Shown here piece after piece: positions 1-13,397 of a stretch of 64,000 nt of DNA. A model generated the notes under the pieces. The model had not been told where the DNA came from. It worked only from the letters and a program-made list of their open reading frames with translations, and searched no databases. Within the stretch, counting starts at the first letter, position 1; the number at the start of each line of letters is the position of its first letter. Location of the stretch: contig OX597822.1 of assembly GCA_951406725.2 (NCBI GenBank), forward strand, positions 86,986,001 through 87,050,000. The letters are read 5' to 3'. Source of the DNA: Octopus vulgaris. Its lineage: Eukaryota. Position numbers and translations under genes: made by a program.

Positions 1-39
1 TTAGAAGGAAAGTGTGTAGTGTGTGATTGTCTCATTGAC

Positions 40-256
40 CATGACAAAAGAAGCAGAAAGCATATGGAGAGGAGTGTATGAGCCTCACAAAGTGTACAAG
101 TGGTTCAGATGTTTCCGAGATGGCTGAAAGAATGTTGATATTGACGAACGTTCTGGGAGACCCACAACCAGCAGAACTAAGAAAAACATCACAGATGTGC
201 ATGCAGCTGTTAGGGGAAATCGTCAAATTACCATCTGTGTGTTATCAGAGGATGTA
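40..256 (+). mobile_element. Mariner transposase N-terminal (HTH) remnant
   Basis: Manual translation across a frameshift gives AYGEECMS..VYKWFRCFRDG*KNVDIDERSGRPTTSRTKKNITDVHAAVRGNRQITICVLSEDV, matching the mariner HTH pattern WF..F..G...D..RSGRP. It is cut off by an RTE fragment at about 257. Confidence 0.8.
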
Positions 257-946
257 AGGTGGTGAAGCATGACCTTCAAACATTAGACCTCACCAAGGCA
301 ATGGCTAGTGACTGGGACCTTTGGAAATATGCTGTGCTTGAGAAGACTCGGCAAGCCAAGTGAGACCATAACCTCGTGGCCTATGCCAGGGGTGTAACCA
401 GCCCACTTGTGTGTACCTTTCCTTCATTGGACACTAAACTCTGCTTACGAAGACCTGTTGAGGCAAGTGAAATCGAAATTGAAATCAAATTCGATGACTG
501 GCATCCGTGCTAGTGAAGTGCTAAGAGCACCATCCAAGCGTGATCGTTACCAGAGCAGCAAACTGGCTTCTATGCCGGTGGTATGTAAAAAGCATCATTT
601 GAATGTCATCATTACCAGCATTGCTTTACTGGCACTTGTGCTGGTGGCACATGAAAAAGCATTCGAGCAAGGTTGTTGCCAGTGCCGCTGGACTGGCTCC
701 TGTGCAGGTGGCACGTAAAAAAACACCATTTGAGCATGGCTGTTGCTAGTACCACCTGACTGGCCCTCGTGCTCGTGGAATGTAATAGCACCCACTACAC
801 TCTCGGAGTGGTTGGCGTTAGGAAGAGCATCCAGCTGTAGAAACTCTGCCAGATCAGATTGGAACCTTGTGCAGCCATCTGGTTCGCCAGTCTTCAGTCA
901 AATCATCCAACCCATGCTAGCATGGAAATGATGATGATGATGATGA
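257..946 (+). mobile_element. RTE-clade LINE 3' end (ORF terminus, 3' UTR, (GAT)n tail)
   Basis: VVKHDLQTLDLTKAMASDWDLWKYAVLEKTRQAK* (stop 361-363), then the UTR shared by many copies here (tggttggcgttaggaag.gcatccagctgtagaaac...ccaacccatgctagcatggaaa) and a (GAT)n tail. Confidence 0.85.
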
Positions 947-1008
947 TATATGTATATATATATGTATGAATATGTATATATATATGTATATATATATATA
1001 TATGTACA

Positions 1009-1041
<33 letters not shown>

Positions 1042-1052
1042 GTGTGTGTATG

Positions 1053-1085
<33 letters not shown>

Positions 1086-1223
1086 ATATGTATGTGTATA
1101 TATGTATATATATGTGTGTATATGTATGTGTATATATGTATATATGTGTGTGTACATATATATATATATATATATAGTGTGTGTGTGTGTGTATATATAT
1201 GTGTGTGTGTATTTATATGTATG

Positions 1224-1254
<31 letters not shown>
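947..1254. repeat. Compound (TA)n/(TG)n microsatellite
   Basis: Directly visible; it generates the Y/I/V/C-rich pseudo-ORFs. Confidence 0.97.
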
Positions 1255-1256
<2 letters not shown>

Positions 1257-2587
1257 GGGGATGTATGTAAAATTATTTGCATGTTTGTCTAATTTTTTGT
1301 GCTTTTTTCCTTCATTTCCAACTTTTCTATTTATTCTGTTGATACAAACATACAGATACACATGGAAAACATGTAGAAGTAGATGGCTCTATATGGGCAT
1401 GCAATCATGGGTAAACATGCAATTATGAACATGTACATTTTCACATACAAAAATGAATGGGCCTGGACAATGAGCCCATGTAGAAACATGTTGACCCACT
1501 GATAGAGACGTGACTCACTGATCCACTGACAGAAATACACAGACACATGCAACATATGTGTGGGGGACACAAACACACTGATGTTCTGAAATACATGTGC
1601 AAATCAACTTTCACAGGCATATGTCATTCACATAACCATACGCACAAATATGAACCAGCATACATAGGCACACATAAAAACATAGAGGAATACACACACT
1701 CACACACACAGGCATGTGCATGCACACACACTCTCGCATATGCATATACATACACACACACATGCATGCACACACTTATGTATATAATTGACTTTAAATA
1801 GTGAAACGATTAACCCCAAACTGTATAGATTGCTATATTGCTATTTTGATAAGTATTTTAATTTTTGGAAGTTGGAGCAATTTATCAAAAAGTAAATTTT
1901 CATTACTCAAGCAAAATAGAGAAAAAAAAAACAATGAAAATAAAAAGTCAAGAAAACAACAAAATGAAATTTCTAACTCATCAAGAGATTTCATAGTATT
2001 CTAGAATTACAGGCTGAGTTTTCTCTCCAAGAATTGCCATCTCAGATTCTATGTTACTCTATCTGACATCTTCACCTCTTAGAGTAAAGAATTCACTGAT
2101 ATCAAACAAAGACAGGATATTCACCATTCCAGGCTTTGATTGTTTCCAGCTGGCTTAATATTCCATTTTAGATTTAATATTTAGAAAATATCAATCTTTT
2201 ATTTCTTGCTTCACGCCCCTGCTCCCATCGTCTCTTTTCCATTCCTTTAACCAAACATAGCTTGCTGCTGCAAAACGCATCATGATATCTAGTGCCATTA
2301 TTTTAATCTACCAAAGAGTCTTTAAGCAGATAGTCACACACACACACCACCACCAACAACATATATTAGTTTTGACTTTTTGGTCATTTATTAGTTTCCA
2401 ATGTTGCAAGTATTTTTTTGTCTCTAGCCGTGTGACCCTAGGATGGGTGAGACACATAACCATATCAATATTATTATAACTGCCATTTTCTTGTATTCTT
2501 AGAATTATATAAGTCTGCTCATGCTGTACATACATTATTCATTTGGTTTCATTTGATTTAGCTGTTTGCCATTTATTTTGTTATATA

Positions 2588-2750
2588 GGCATGGCTGTGT
2601 GGTGAGAAGCTTGCTTCCCAACCATATGGTTCCGGGTTCAGTCCCACTGTGTGGCACCTTAGGCAAGTGTCTTCTTTGACTAACACCCTTTAAGGTGGTG
2701 CTCCAGCATGGCCACAGTGAAATGACTGAACCAAATAAAAGAATAAAAGG
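2588..2750 (+). mobile_element. tRNA-derived SINE family A, internally deleted
   Basis: Head ggcatggctgtgtggtgagaag...ggttcagtccc (A/B-box-like) is joined directly to the tail gctccagcatggccacagt..aatgactgaa seen in the full copy at 27342. Confidence 0.85.
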
Positions 2751-3748
2751 TTGAAGTTACATCATTAAAAACTGACAGAGTACTTAGATGCGTGATTTTA
2801 GTTAAAAAAAATTAATTCAAAATATTTTTCCTGAGTGTTTTTTTTTAAATGATGTCCATATTTAGTGTTGTGCTCTACTTATCTCTCATCAAAAATGGTA
2901 ACTTTCTGAACAATTTCATTTTATGTCTAAAATCCAACTTCATGAACCTGTTGCAATTCTTTCACTAATTTGTTGCCATGGTTTTATGCTTAATATTTTG
3001 CAATATATTTTTAAAATTATTTTATTAATTTGTTTGGTGTGGAGGAATGGTGACCACCATCACCACTGATAGTCATTGTAAACCATCTGAGGCTGTTCTT
3101 GAATAGTTGGCAGTTGATTTAAGCAAAATTCTGACGAGGAAGCAACAATAATGATTAATTGAAGGACAAAAGTGGTGAGATAATAGGTGGTGGGTGTGGA
3201 AGGAAGGGAAACAAGTAAATTAGGTGGAGGTGAGCATGGGAGTAGCCAGGTCAGAGGAGCAGAGGCTAACAAAACAGTAGAAGGAGTCAACAGCATATTA
3301 TAGATGATCAAAGGATGGAGAGCAATTCAATGCCAATGAATTAAGTGACATTTCTTTAGATTGGACTCAGTCTGTGAATCAAGGATATTTGGAGGAAATG
3401 GATAGCAATTGTTAATTGTTGTTACTGTCCACTATAAGCAAATGAAAATTATGACTCTTTTGCTTTGATACACTTCATACTTCATTGTTATATGTAGAAT
3501 ATGTTGTCAGGCATGTAAATTTGCTTTTGGCTCCACTGTAACACATGTCACTCTACTTCATTAGCTCCATTGATAAACTACATGTAGGATATTTATAAAT
3601 GTTAGTATATTTGATATATTTCTCATTTGTTTATCTCCGTGATCTATCTACCTCTGTAACTTGTGTCATGAGCCAATCTGGGAGCTCCCATATGGTCATC
3701 CAACTTGCTACAAATAGCTGCTAAGTCTCCCTCAAGTCACACCCTTCT

Positions 3749-4090
3749 TCAACTGGTTGCATTGGACATACCACTCATCACTTCACACCAAGATTCTTTG
3801 TCTCTTATTAGCTTTTGTAGTTCCTTAATTTCATGTTGTTTGTTTCTGCCATTAATATAGCTTGAGTGGTCTTCTCCCTCTATTATGATGAGTAAATCTC
3901 CAAAATATAACATCTGATATGGTCTGGTGATCAGAATGATAATTCTGGTCAGCAAAGCCCTTAACCTGTACCCAACAACAATAATAGAAGAGAAATGAGT
4001 GGAATGTGTCTGTTTAATCTCCTCTTTGGTCTTGTGTTCAAACCATGAAGTATATTTGGCTCTATGAGAAGCCTTAGTAGAACTTCTAAA
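3749..4090 (-). mobile_element. Decayed RTE-like LINE C-terminal fragment
   Basis: Motifs SWFEHKTKEEI, TISDVIFW, RGRRPL and ELQKLIRDKESW* across frames resemble RTE ORF C-termini. Confidence 0.6.
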
Positions 4091-4254
4091 CTCAGAATTA
4101 AAAAGAACAAAAGCAGTTGGAACAAATTCTGTAAAGAATTTTTTTCTGATACTCAAACACTTCTGTCAATCCACTACCTTTCTTTTAGACATTAAAATAA
4201 TCAACATAAAATATAACTTTGTTTATACATATCTTTCATTCATTTCATATATCT

Positions 4255-4478
4255 TATCATCATTTAATGTATGTTTTCCATGCTAGCATGAGTTGGATAG
4301 TTTGACAGGGGTTGGCAAGGCCAGAGAGCTGCACCAGATTCCATTATCTGTTTTGGCATGGCTTCTATGTCTGGATGTTTTTACTTGTGCCACCCACCTT
4401 ACAGAATGTACTGGGTGCTGAGGCACCAGCACCTGTGCTTTTAATATGGCACCAGCAGGGGTGCTTTTCACATGGTAT
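4255..4478 (-). mobile_element. RTE 3' UTR copy
   Basis: Reverse complement of the 800-946 type sequence (ttccatgctagcatgagttgga...). Confidence 0.8.
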
Positions 4479-4589
4479 TTTTTATTCTTTATTATTATGT
4501 TCTTCCCTAAACAGTTATGTTACATATTTTGTTTCAAAACTAGTTTTATTGCTTACTATATAAAATATAAAAAACTAAAGACCTACTTT

Positions 4590-4890
4590 GGTCCTAGAAA
4601 GTTTTCATCCAAGGCACCAGTCTGGGTACTGTTATGGAAGACCAGCAATCACCCATGCATACCAGCCTCCCCTCTCCATACCACTCATGTTATCCAAGGG
4701 AAAGGCAAAGATGTCACAACAGCTTGGCACCTGTGACATTGCAACTCATTTCTACAGCTGAGTGAACTGGAGCAATGTAAAAATAAAGTTCCTTGTTCAA
4801 GAACACAACACATAACCCAGTCTGGCAATCAAGCTCACTACCTCATTATTATTGGCCTAATGCTCTTACCACTGAGCCATGTGCCTTCAC
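4590..4890 (-). mobile_element. tRNA-derived SINE family C (CORE-like centre)
   Basis: Minus strand reads gtgaaggcacatggctcagtggtaagagc... then tgtgttcttgaacaag...ctccagttcactcagctgtagaaatg. A second copy lies at 50165-50520. Confidence 0.8.
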
Positions 4891-6847
4891 TATGCTTACT
4901 ACATAGCAAAGTAACATTTCTATTCTTTTGTAATTATTTACTCTTTAAAAATCTCATCAGTGCATTATATTTTAATAGATTCATTCTTTCTATGTTTAAT
5001 TAATTGTATATTTAAAAAAAAACAAACCCTTCTTTCATTTTCATTTAGTCGTCCTTATAATGTAGCGTATCACCAAATTAGTCTCCACTCTGTGGACACT
5101 GTTAACGATTCATTGCTATATTAGTTATAGCCACACACACACACACACACACACACAAAATTTGTTGGTGATAAAATTCCTCTTAAATTGTATTAAAAAC
5201 CTTTTATATATTTTGATATATTTTATTGGATTGAGGAAAATTTATGATTTTACACAAACATTTTTTCTCATTTGAAATTCATTCAGGGCAGCAAGAATTT
5301 ACAGGGGTTATATTTGGTTAATCATTTAAAATTTAGTTAATGTTTTGTTAGCTGTTTGTGTACTTATTTTTATTAAATCTTGTTGTCAAAGAAATTTTAT
5401 ATAAGAGAAGAAATTTAATTAAGCTTCTTTTAATGAAGATTTTTTTCTCATTTTGTATAGTTTTGTTTGGCTTGCAAAATAATAAAATAGAAATCCCCCT
5501 CCCCCCAACTTCTGAAGTTTCTTTAAAACCATAAAAGAACTCTCATAGTTTTTTCCAAAACAACTTCATGTCAAGTATAATTAGTGTAAGTTTGATTTTG
5601 TTAATGTCAGCTATTAAAGACACTAATTGCAAGAATTAAAATTATTGTTTTTCTATTGATTAATGACAGGGAAAATGTCTGTAATTCCAGAGTAAATTGT
5701 TCAATTGTTGTTTGTTGGATTTTAACAATTGAATTTTGGATTCTAGATAAACCGTAATATTAAACAGATTGCATTGAGTATTGTTTCAAAATTATTTTGC
5801 AAATTTGGCCCAGAGAAGCCGAACTAAGAAAATGTAGCAGCACATCATATTGCTCACAGATGTATACAAAGTTATAAAAGCTAGAAGTCAGGAATTGTGT
5901 GGATTTTTGAAATACTTTTGTTGCAGTATTTGTTATAGGATGAAAATAGACAACACATGCAATTTGACAAAAAAAATCTCACTGATTTTGTGGTTAATAG
6001 TTTATTGAGTTGGGTTAAAATGGAAGCAACATGAATCTAACTGGTTCCAGCTTAGGGGTGTTGACAAGAGCGAAAGTTTATTCAGTAGACATGTCCAGTT
6101 TATACCAATATGGAAAAAGATGTGAAATTATTTATGATGATGATGATTTCAGTACTTATAAATCAACAGAATATAAAATCTTGCTCAGCCATTGTGGATG
6201 GCAAAAACTAATTACATTCTGTTAGAAATATAAGCATTGACGGTAACCATAACAAACCAAGATATAGAACCAACAGAGATTAATGTCTTCAAAATACATT
6301 CTTTACTATGACACATTTTTCTCTTCACACCATGCAAGTGTTTGAACAAATTCACTTAAAATCTTATTTACCATAAACTTTATGTTGCCTGTATAGAAGA
6401 AGTGTTTTGAGAACTGTTCTTGGATGAAGACAAAATGGGAATTAAAATTGATGGCAAATTTCTTACACATTTGCAGATAGCATAGTTCTTGTGTTAGGAA
6501 AACCAACCAAACTTCAAACTATGTCATAATAATTGACTACAAAAAACATGACAGCAGGGCTAAGGTTCCATAAACTGATGGCTCTTTTGAAAAACAAAAC
6601 TTCAAATAATAAAGAGTTTTGCCTCTGCTGGCCATGAATTACTTCAAACTGGTAAACCTTCAAGAGGACAAGTCATCATTTTGAAAAGTCAGACTCCCTT
6701 AAGAACCAAACAAAAGATGAATTTAAAATCAATGTGTCATCACAAAAATTTCTTATTTTGCAGAAATGTAGAATCTGATCAAAAAATAATGAGACCCCAT
6801 AAAACAACAAAAAAAAAAAAGATCTGAAATTAAACAAAACTAAATGT

Positions 6848-6960
6848 TATTGAAATGGAGTTGGGTTGGACATATCCAGAGAGACAACAAATGGATGAAA
6901 ATGTTGACAAACTGGATTCTGAGAAATGGTCAAGGAAGCAGTTTGAAAAAGAACGAGATA
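6848..6960 (+). mobile_element. Short LINE (RTE-like) C-terminal remnant
   Basis: LKWSWVGHIQRDNKWMKMLTNW resembles the KW.W.GHI.R...W C-terminal motif. Confidence 0.55.
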
Positions 6961-9900
6961 GAAGAATAAATTGGATAGATTTGAGAAAAAATTAGAGATC
7001 AGACTCTTCAAACCAAAAATAAAAGGGGGGGGGGGGAGAAGATTTTTTTCCCCTTTATAATCTAGCAATGGCTGATGTGATTGGTAGCTCTCTCTTAATG
7101 ATTTTAATTGTTATAGAGATATTATGTCTTGGCAGATTAAGCAAGTTTTAATTTTTAGAATGTTTTTGAAATCTTTGAAATTACCTAAATTTATTTGAAA
7201 ATTTGTAAATGAAGGCAAATAGAACTCATATAAAACGTGTTTCAAATAAAATGAACTACACATACGTAAGCATACCAATGGTTTGGGGCTTCTCGATATA
7301 TGTATATTGCTAATCCTCATTCAATAAAACCTGCTTTGATGATATTAAACTCAATTAGGTGGATCAGCTGTGTCAGTCTTCAGGCAACAGATGTTATATC
7401 TTACTCTAAAACCACATTTGTAAATAAAAAAGGATGGCATATATATAGCTGGCCTCTCCACTTTCTGAAACTCCCTATAAAACTGTGTACTTACCACACT
7501 CCATTATTTACACACCTGTGTGAGTGTGTGTGTGTGTGCGCGTGTGTATGTGTGTGCACGCGCATGTGTGTGTGTTAGATATTAGAAAAGAATAATTAGA
7601 TAAGAAAGACCTATATGAGAACACCCATCTGGACGGCTCATGTGTAAAAACTGACAATTTCCAAACTGATATTGTTTTAATCTCATCTTTTGATTAATTA
7701 TCACTTGCATATGTTGCAGATTGTTGCACCCACATGAAAGCAGGAAACATTAACAGAAATTAGTTTATCAACAAATTGTATTACTTATGAAAAAAAGGAA
7801 AAACAAGTTTTTGTCTGGTTTGAGAAAACCAAAACTAAAATACCTAAAAGTCTATGACTAGTCTTGTTTGAACATCTTTTGACCAAAGATGGGACACTAA
7901 AATGATGTATTGAGCATTTTAATGATTTTTTTTTATATAACAAAAATAGAAAAGCAACCTCCTATATACTTGTAGTAGATTCTCAGGCAGTGTTTATATT
8001 TTTAATGCTGTGGCCACCACCAGATTGAATGGTACAGTTCAGGGGTTGAAACCATAGTGATAACTGTTTGGGCAGCTGATGATGGGAATGCACATATGTT
8101 ATGTTTGATTGTGCATTTCTTATATCTTAGTTTTATTATTCTGGGTTGTTCTTCATTCTAGTAAAGTGGGAAGTGTTCATGGATTCATAATCCGTGTGGA
8201 TTGCTTTCTTTGGTATTGTTTGGTTTTCTTCATAGGTAACCTAATTAGGCTTGGACAATGCTTTAATGTAGGTGTCTAGTTTTGGAAGGTTCTGTAGCAT
8301 ACATATAAATATATATATATACTACAAGATGTAAAAAATGTCTGAACAGTCACTCTGTATCTGAAAATTGGTGACAGGGTGTATATAATAATTATGTAAA
8401 ATAATTACCAGGACATTTGTTTCTTCAATATCATAAGCAAAAAAGGTGGTTTTGTAAGGACCGACTGTTTTTTCAGTATTATCAGCAAATCTTTCTGCAA
8501 ATTGCCAAAAGTAGTCAGAATATTCTACTGTTAGATTCACAATGGATTTTTCTTCCTTTTTTAATTCCTAGAACACTGTTGGGAATAGCACTTTCAGTTG
8601 TTATATGTCCCTTTCTTCAAATCAGTAATGTACCTGCCTTAATTAACAAGGATGATAGCCTCTCCCAAATTTCCTTGAACACTTTGTCACATCCTCATAT
8701 TATATCACAAATTGACATCCTTCTTTCAAGAGGATGTACAAATACTACAATTCACTGCAATAATGAACCTTTTGACATCTTTGGTCTGAATCTTGGCATC
8801 GCCTTTTTTTTTCAGAATCTTCATGCTTCTAAAGCATTCTTTTTAAAACTTCAACTGAAGGATGGACTCTACCTGCATACATGGAAAGAAAGATACATTT
8901 TCAAAAGACTGAGTGCCAATATTAGGCTGTGTGTGTGTGTGTGTGTGTATTGCGGCCCTGCATATTTGTCATTTTCAGGGCCGCAATACAAAATAACTCA
9001 CCATTCATTATCATGGGCAATTAATTACAAAGTGTAGGAAATGTTAACAGCAATATTCTCTCTCTCTTTGATGTCAAAAATCATTTGCTCAGAAAGTACA
9101 TGATTTTTCTTTTTCTTTTTGTTGATTCAGTTATTATTTAACCTTAGTCAGCTTAGTACACCTTTCTGGAAGATTATGAAACTTGCCATCAGTACCAAGA
9201 TGGCAGTGCGTATCAGCCCATACAGCATTGATACATACATGTGTTTTATTGTTTGGTAATGAGACATATGTAACAAAGTGTTAGAAGAAAAGCAGTTTCT
9301 TGACTCACATGGGAAAACAGGGTATTACACACTAAAGTCTTTTTCACCACCAAACATTGTATACTGAATTGGTTTGCTCTCCTCATTTGGTAAATGAAAG
9401 ATGGATGAGTCCTAAAAGAAATCCACTTTAGCAAAATGAGAAAAATTGTACTTTGGCAGTCGTCTTTAGCTGCAAGAACAACAAGAAAGTATTAAACAGT
9501 GATGACCACAGCAATGAGAGCAATTGTCTCCAATTAAGAACTTAGCTGAACAAATAAAGAATTTTGCAATAATGACTAGTACTTCTAAAACAACCTGGTG
9601 ATCAACCACACCAGCCAATATGTTAGAGATTGCCAATCTTTCTGTAGCCCCTACAGATAAGAGACAATATGATGAGAAGCAAAACCGAATGATGTCTGTT
9701 GAAGTGAAATAAAACTGCTATGTCTGCACATGCATTACTGAGTGGGACTTCTATATTCTTTATTCTGTTTTTCAATGGGTTGTGTAACCTTCAAAAGATA
9801 CAAGTAGAAACTAAGGTTATTTTTGAATAGAATCAACAATTGAAAGTTTGCATGCATTAATTCATAAAACACTTGTATAATATAAATAAATTTTAAAATT

Positions 9901-11449
9901 TATTTTTAACCATTACTATGAATGTTTTTATAAAATTTCACAATATGTGTATATTTGCAATAGATTCTGGAATTAGAAACTAAAATCAGTATATTTTTTT
10001 CACACAAGCTGCTATGGTCTAAAGGGTAGATAGAGGTGTTTTAACCTTCAAGGTTACACAAGTAGTGTTTTCTGCCCTAAAAAATTTTCCTCTTATAATT
10101 TATAGAAATGTTTCAATTTTTAGTTTTTATAGTAAACGAAATGTAAAAGGAATTTTGTACAAGCAAAGGGTATATTGGTATCTTGCTAAATGAAAGTTGA
10201 TACAGGTTTGGGTAAATGTAAAGTCGCATCTACTAAATCTTATCAACATAACTATCAGATGCCTTTTTGCTAAAATTTACCAATTGTATTTGATAAACCA
10301 AACCAGAAATTAAGAAAAAAATGGAAATATACAAGAATCTGATCGTAAATATACAAATATAAAAATATACATGCATAAATCTATCCTTATTATTGACCCC
10401 TCACCAGCTATCAACTGTGCTGCTAATATCATTGTAATGTCTGTCTTGTAGAATCTACCTCTCCTAAATAGACATATTTTTGTGACTAACATTTTATATT
10501 AAGCTTCTTTGGAAACTGTCTATTTCCCTGTGTTTTATTGTTCCTTTGATGTCCTCCTCTTCCTCCTCCATAATATGATATACATTCAACTGGTTGGCTA
10601 TAAGTGGAGTAACTTTCTGCTTTTCTAAGAAGGCCTGTTAACAAAATTATACTTTCAAAATTTCTCTTGCCATAGTCGTTTGTTGACTAAGTTGTTATTT
10701 AACCTCAATCAGTCCAGATTGAGCAGACTTATGATGAAGGTCATTCTAGCCATGACCACCCCATCATTTCAGATATGCAGTGGAATCTCTGTTTGCAAAC
10801 ATCTCTCCTCCTCCTCCTCATCATCATTTAACATCTGCCTTCCATGCTGGCATGAGTTGGAATCATGAACAAATCTGGTTACAAATAATTTTTTGAACAT
10901 AAAATATTTTGGGTGTTGAATAGTGCCTCAAGTAACAAACATGCAAGCTGGCAACAAACAGTTGGTGACAAGCTGGAAATGTCAGTGGGAGCATATGTCA
11001 GTTGCTGTCTAGCTTTTTGCTCAGTGCACATCCTAAATTAAATTCACTATGGGTTCTCTTGAATTTCCCATGGGAAACAGAGTTTTGGCTAACAAATATT
11101 TCAGGTGAAGAAATGGCTTTCAGGAACAAATTAAATTTATAAACCAAGGTTCTGTTGTATTTTATTTCAGATTACATCATCTGTTTGTATTTTTTTTAAA
11201 GAGGATAAAGTGGAATTTGAGAGGGATTTTACTGCTACTTCTAGCAGACATAAATTAGCGTCAGTTGGAGAAATTTAGATTATATCTCTACAGCATTCCC
11301 AGACTTCAACTGCCAAGTCCAAAATCAATCTTCCATGGCCTTGGGGGATAAAATTAGTGTTCTTATAAAACGCATTCACACAGGTTGAATAATTAACTCT
11401 TTTTCAGTGAGTGTAAACATATAAGCACAGCATGGCTATGTATTGGCAC

Positions 11450-11848
11450 AGGTGTGGTTAGCTTGTTTCCCAACGACATAGTTCCAGGTTTAGTCTCACT
11501 GCATGGCACCTTGGGCAAGTGTCTTCTACTGTAGCCTCAAGCCAACCAAAGTCTTGTGATTGAATTTCATAGACAGAAACTCAAGAAGAGTGTTGTATAT
11601 ATTTTTATGTGTGCATGTGTGTGCGTGTATGTCTTTTTGTCTGTGACTGTCCCCTATCTCCATTTGACAGCTGGTGTTGGTGTGTTTATGTCCCCATAAC
11701 TTAGCAGTTCAGTAAAAGAGACTGATAGCACAAGTGCCAGGCTTAAAAAATAAAGTACTAGGGATGATTCATTCAACTGAAAATTCTTTAAGATGGTGCC
11801 CCAGCATGGCCACAGTCTAATGACTGAAACAAGTAAAAAATAAAAAGA
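11450..11848 (+). mobile_element. SINE family A, full length, diverged
   Basis: Colinear with the 27342-27744 copy, including the internal (TG)n tract. Confidence 0.85.
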
Positions 11849-12689
11849 GATTTGCTGATGACCATTCTATGTCTGTTGTTCTTGTTCTGTCTTCATTGTA
11901 TTGTGAATACATTTTTGCTGCTTCCAAATAAAACAGCAAGTCAGAATTGTCTGCAGACCTCTCTGCGTATACCTTGGCATTTTACTTCAATGAACTGCTT
12001 TTACAGACAGAGTAATTTATTAAGTGTGACATGCAATAATACTATCCTCAATTTGTAACCAATGGATGACAGTTGTTGACAATGAAAGGACATTCATCAG
12101 TGATAGCTTAACGAGTTTGTAGCTTTTCTACTCGAGAAACTCTTGTCACATTCTAATTGGCCTTTAATACATGGTTTACATCAGAATAGACTCTTTGCAG
12201 AGATTATTTTCTCTCTGCCTGTGTAAATTGTAATCATTCCACCTTTTAAACATAGGTCTTCAATTATTCCTCAGCTCTGTAATTTGGTTATTTAACCCTT
12301 AACAGATTAGAAGGGATGTTGAAAACTCAGCATTTTTCAACTAAATTATAGGAGAGCAACTGCTGCATAATCAACTCTTTAGAATAAGCTCTTTGAATGA
12401 CCTCCTTTCAAAAAGATAGACTCAATCATTACATTCGCAAAACAGCATATTATCTAGAATTTTGTAGCAACACAACAATGCGTTCTGTTAATGTATTTTC
12501 TAGCGCTCTTGATTGCAGATACTAAGTTTGGGACATGTGCAATTCCTTCCTTTTCTCAATGGGAAGCAAACTTCTTTACCATATACCCATGCTTGCACCA
12601 TGTATCTTGTGCAGGACACCTGTGTCTCCACCCTATACCTTAAATCTGTGAAATGGAACAAAACCACACCCACTCAATACTACTCTCAG

Positions 12690-12952
12690 CTCCCACTTGA
12701 GGGGTTCTTGTCTTGCAAAGTACCTGGTGATCCTCTTGGTGCTGGTACCATGTAAAAAGCACAGGTGATGGTGTCACATAAAAAGCACTTGGCATGCTCT
12801 GTAAAGTGGTTGGTGTTAGGAAGGGCATCCAGCTGTAGAAACCATGCCAAAACACACTGTGGGACCTGGTGCAGCTTCTAGCCTTGTTAGTTCCTGTCAA
12901 ACTGTCCAACCCATGCCAGCATGGAAAACAGATGCTGATGGTGATAATGATT
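12690..12952 (+). mobile_element. RTE 3' UTR copy
   Basis: tggttggtgttaggaagggcatccagctgtagaaac...ccaacccatgccagcatggaaaac plus a GAT-rich tail. Confidence 0.85.
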
Positions 12953-13397
12953 ATATATATATTTATATTGACCATCAAAGATTCCAAGAACAATCTACTG
13001 TGTCATACCACTCCTGTATTTTTCTTTTCTTTCTCCTTCTTCCTCTTCTTTCCCTACTCCTACTTCTCTTCCTTCTTCATCTCCCCCTGCTCCTGCTTAA
13101 ACCATCAATTCTTTGTACTCATAAAACTATTTTCCTTTAGATTTACTACTACCTACTTACCAAGCATTCACAAACGAGAGACAGACAGACTATATTTACC
13201 TATTTGAAGACTATAGAAATATTTACAAAGCATTTCACTTAATTTTCTTTCTCCAATTTAATTTTTTTTCTTATTTTACTCTTAGTACTTCATAATAAAA
13301 TTATTTTAGCATTTTCTACCTTATCTTATTTTCCTTATACATATTAACTTGTGTGTTCCTTTTCTACCTAAACAGATATATATATATATATATATGT

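Noticed and set aside
2588-2660. tRNA-like sequences
   Set aside because: These are SINE heads with A/B boxes, not complete cloverleaf tRNA genes.
8417-9037. 206-aa plus-strand ORF
   Set aside because: TTG start, runs through a (TG)n tract, and has no recognisable domain.
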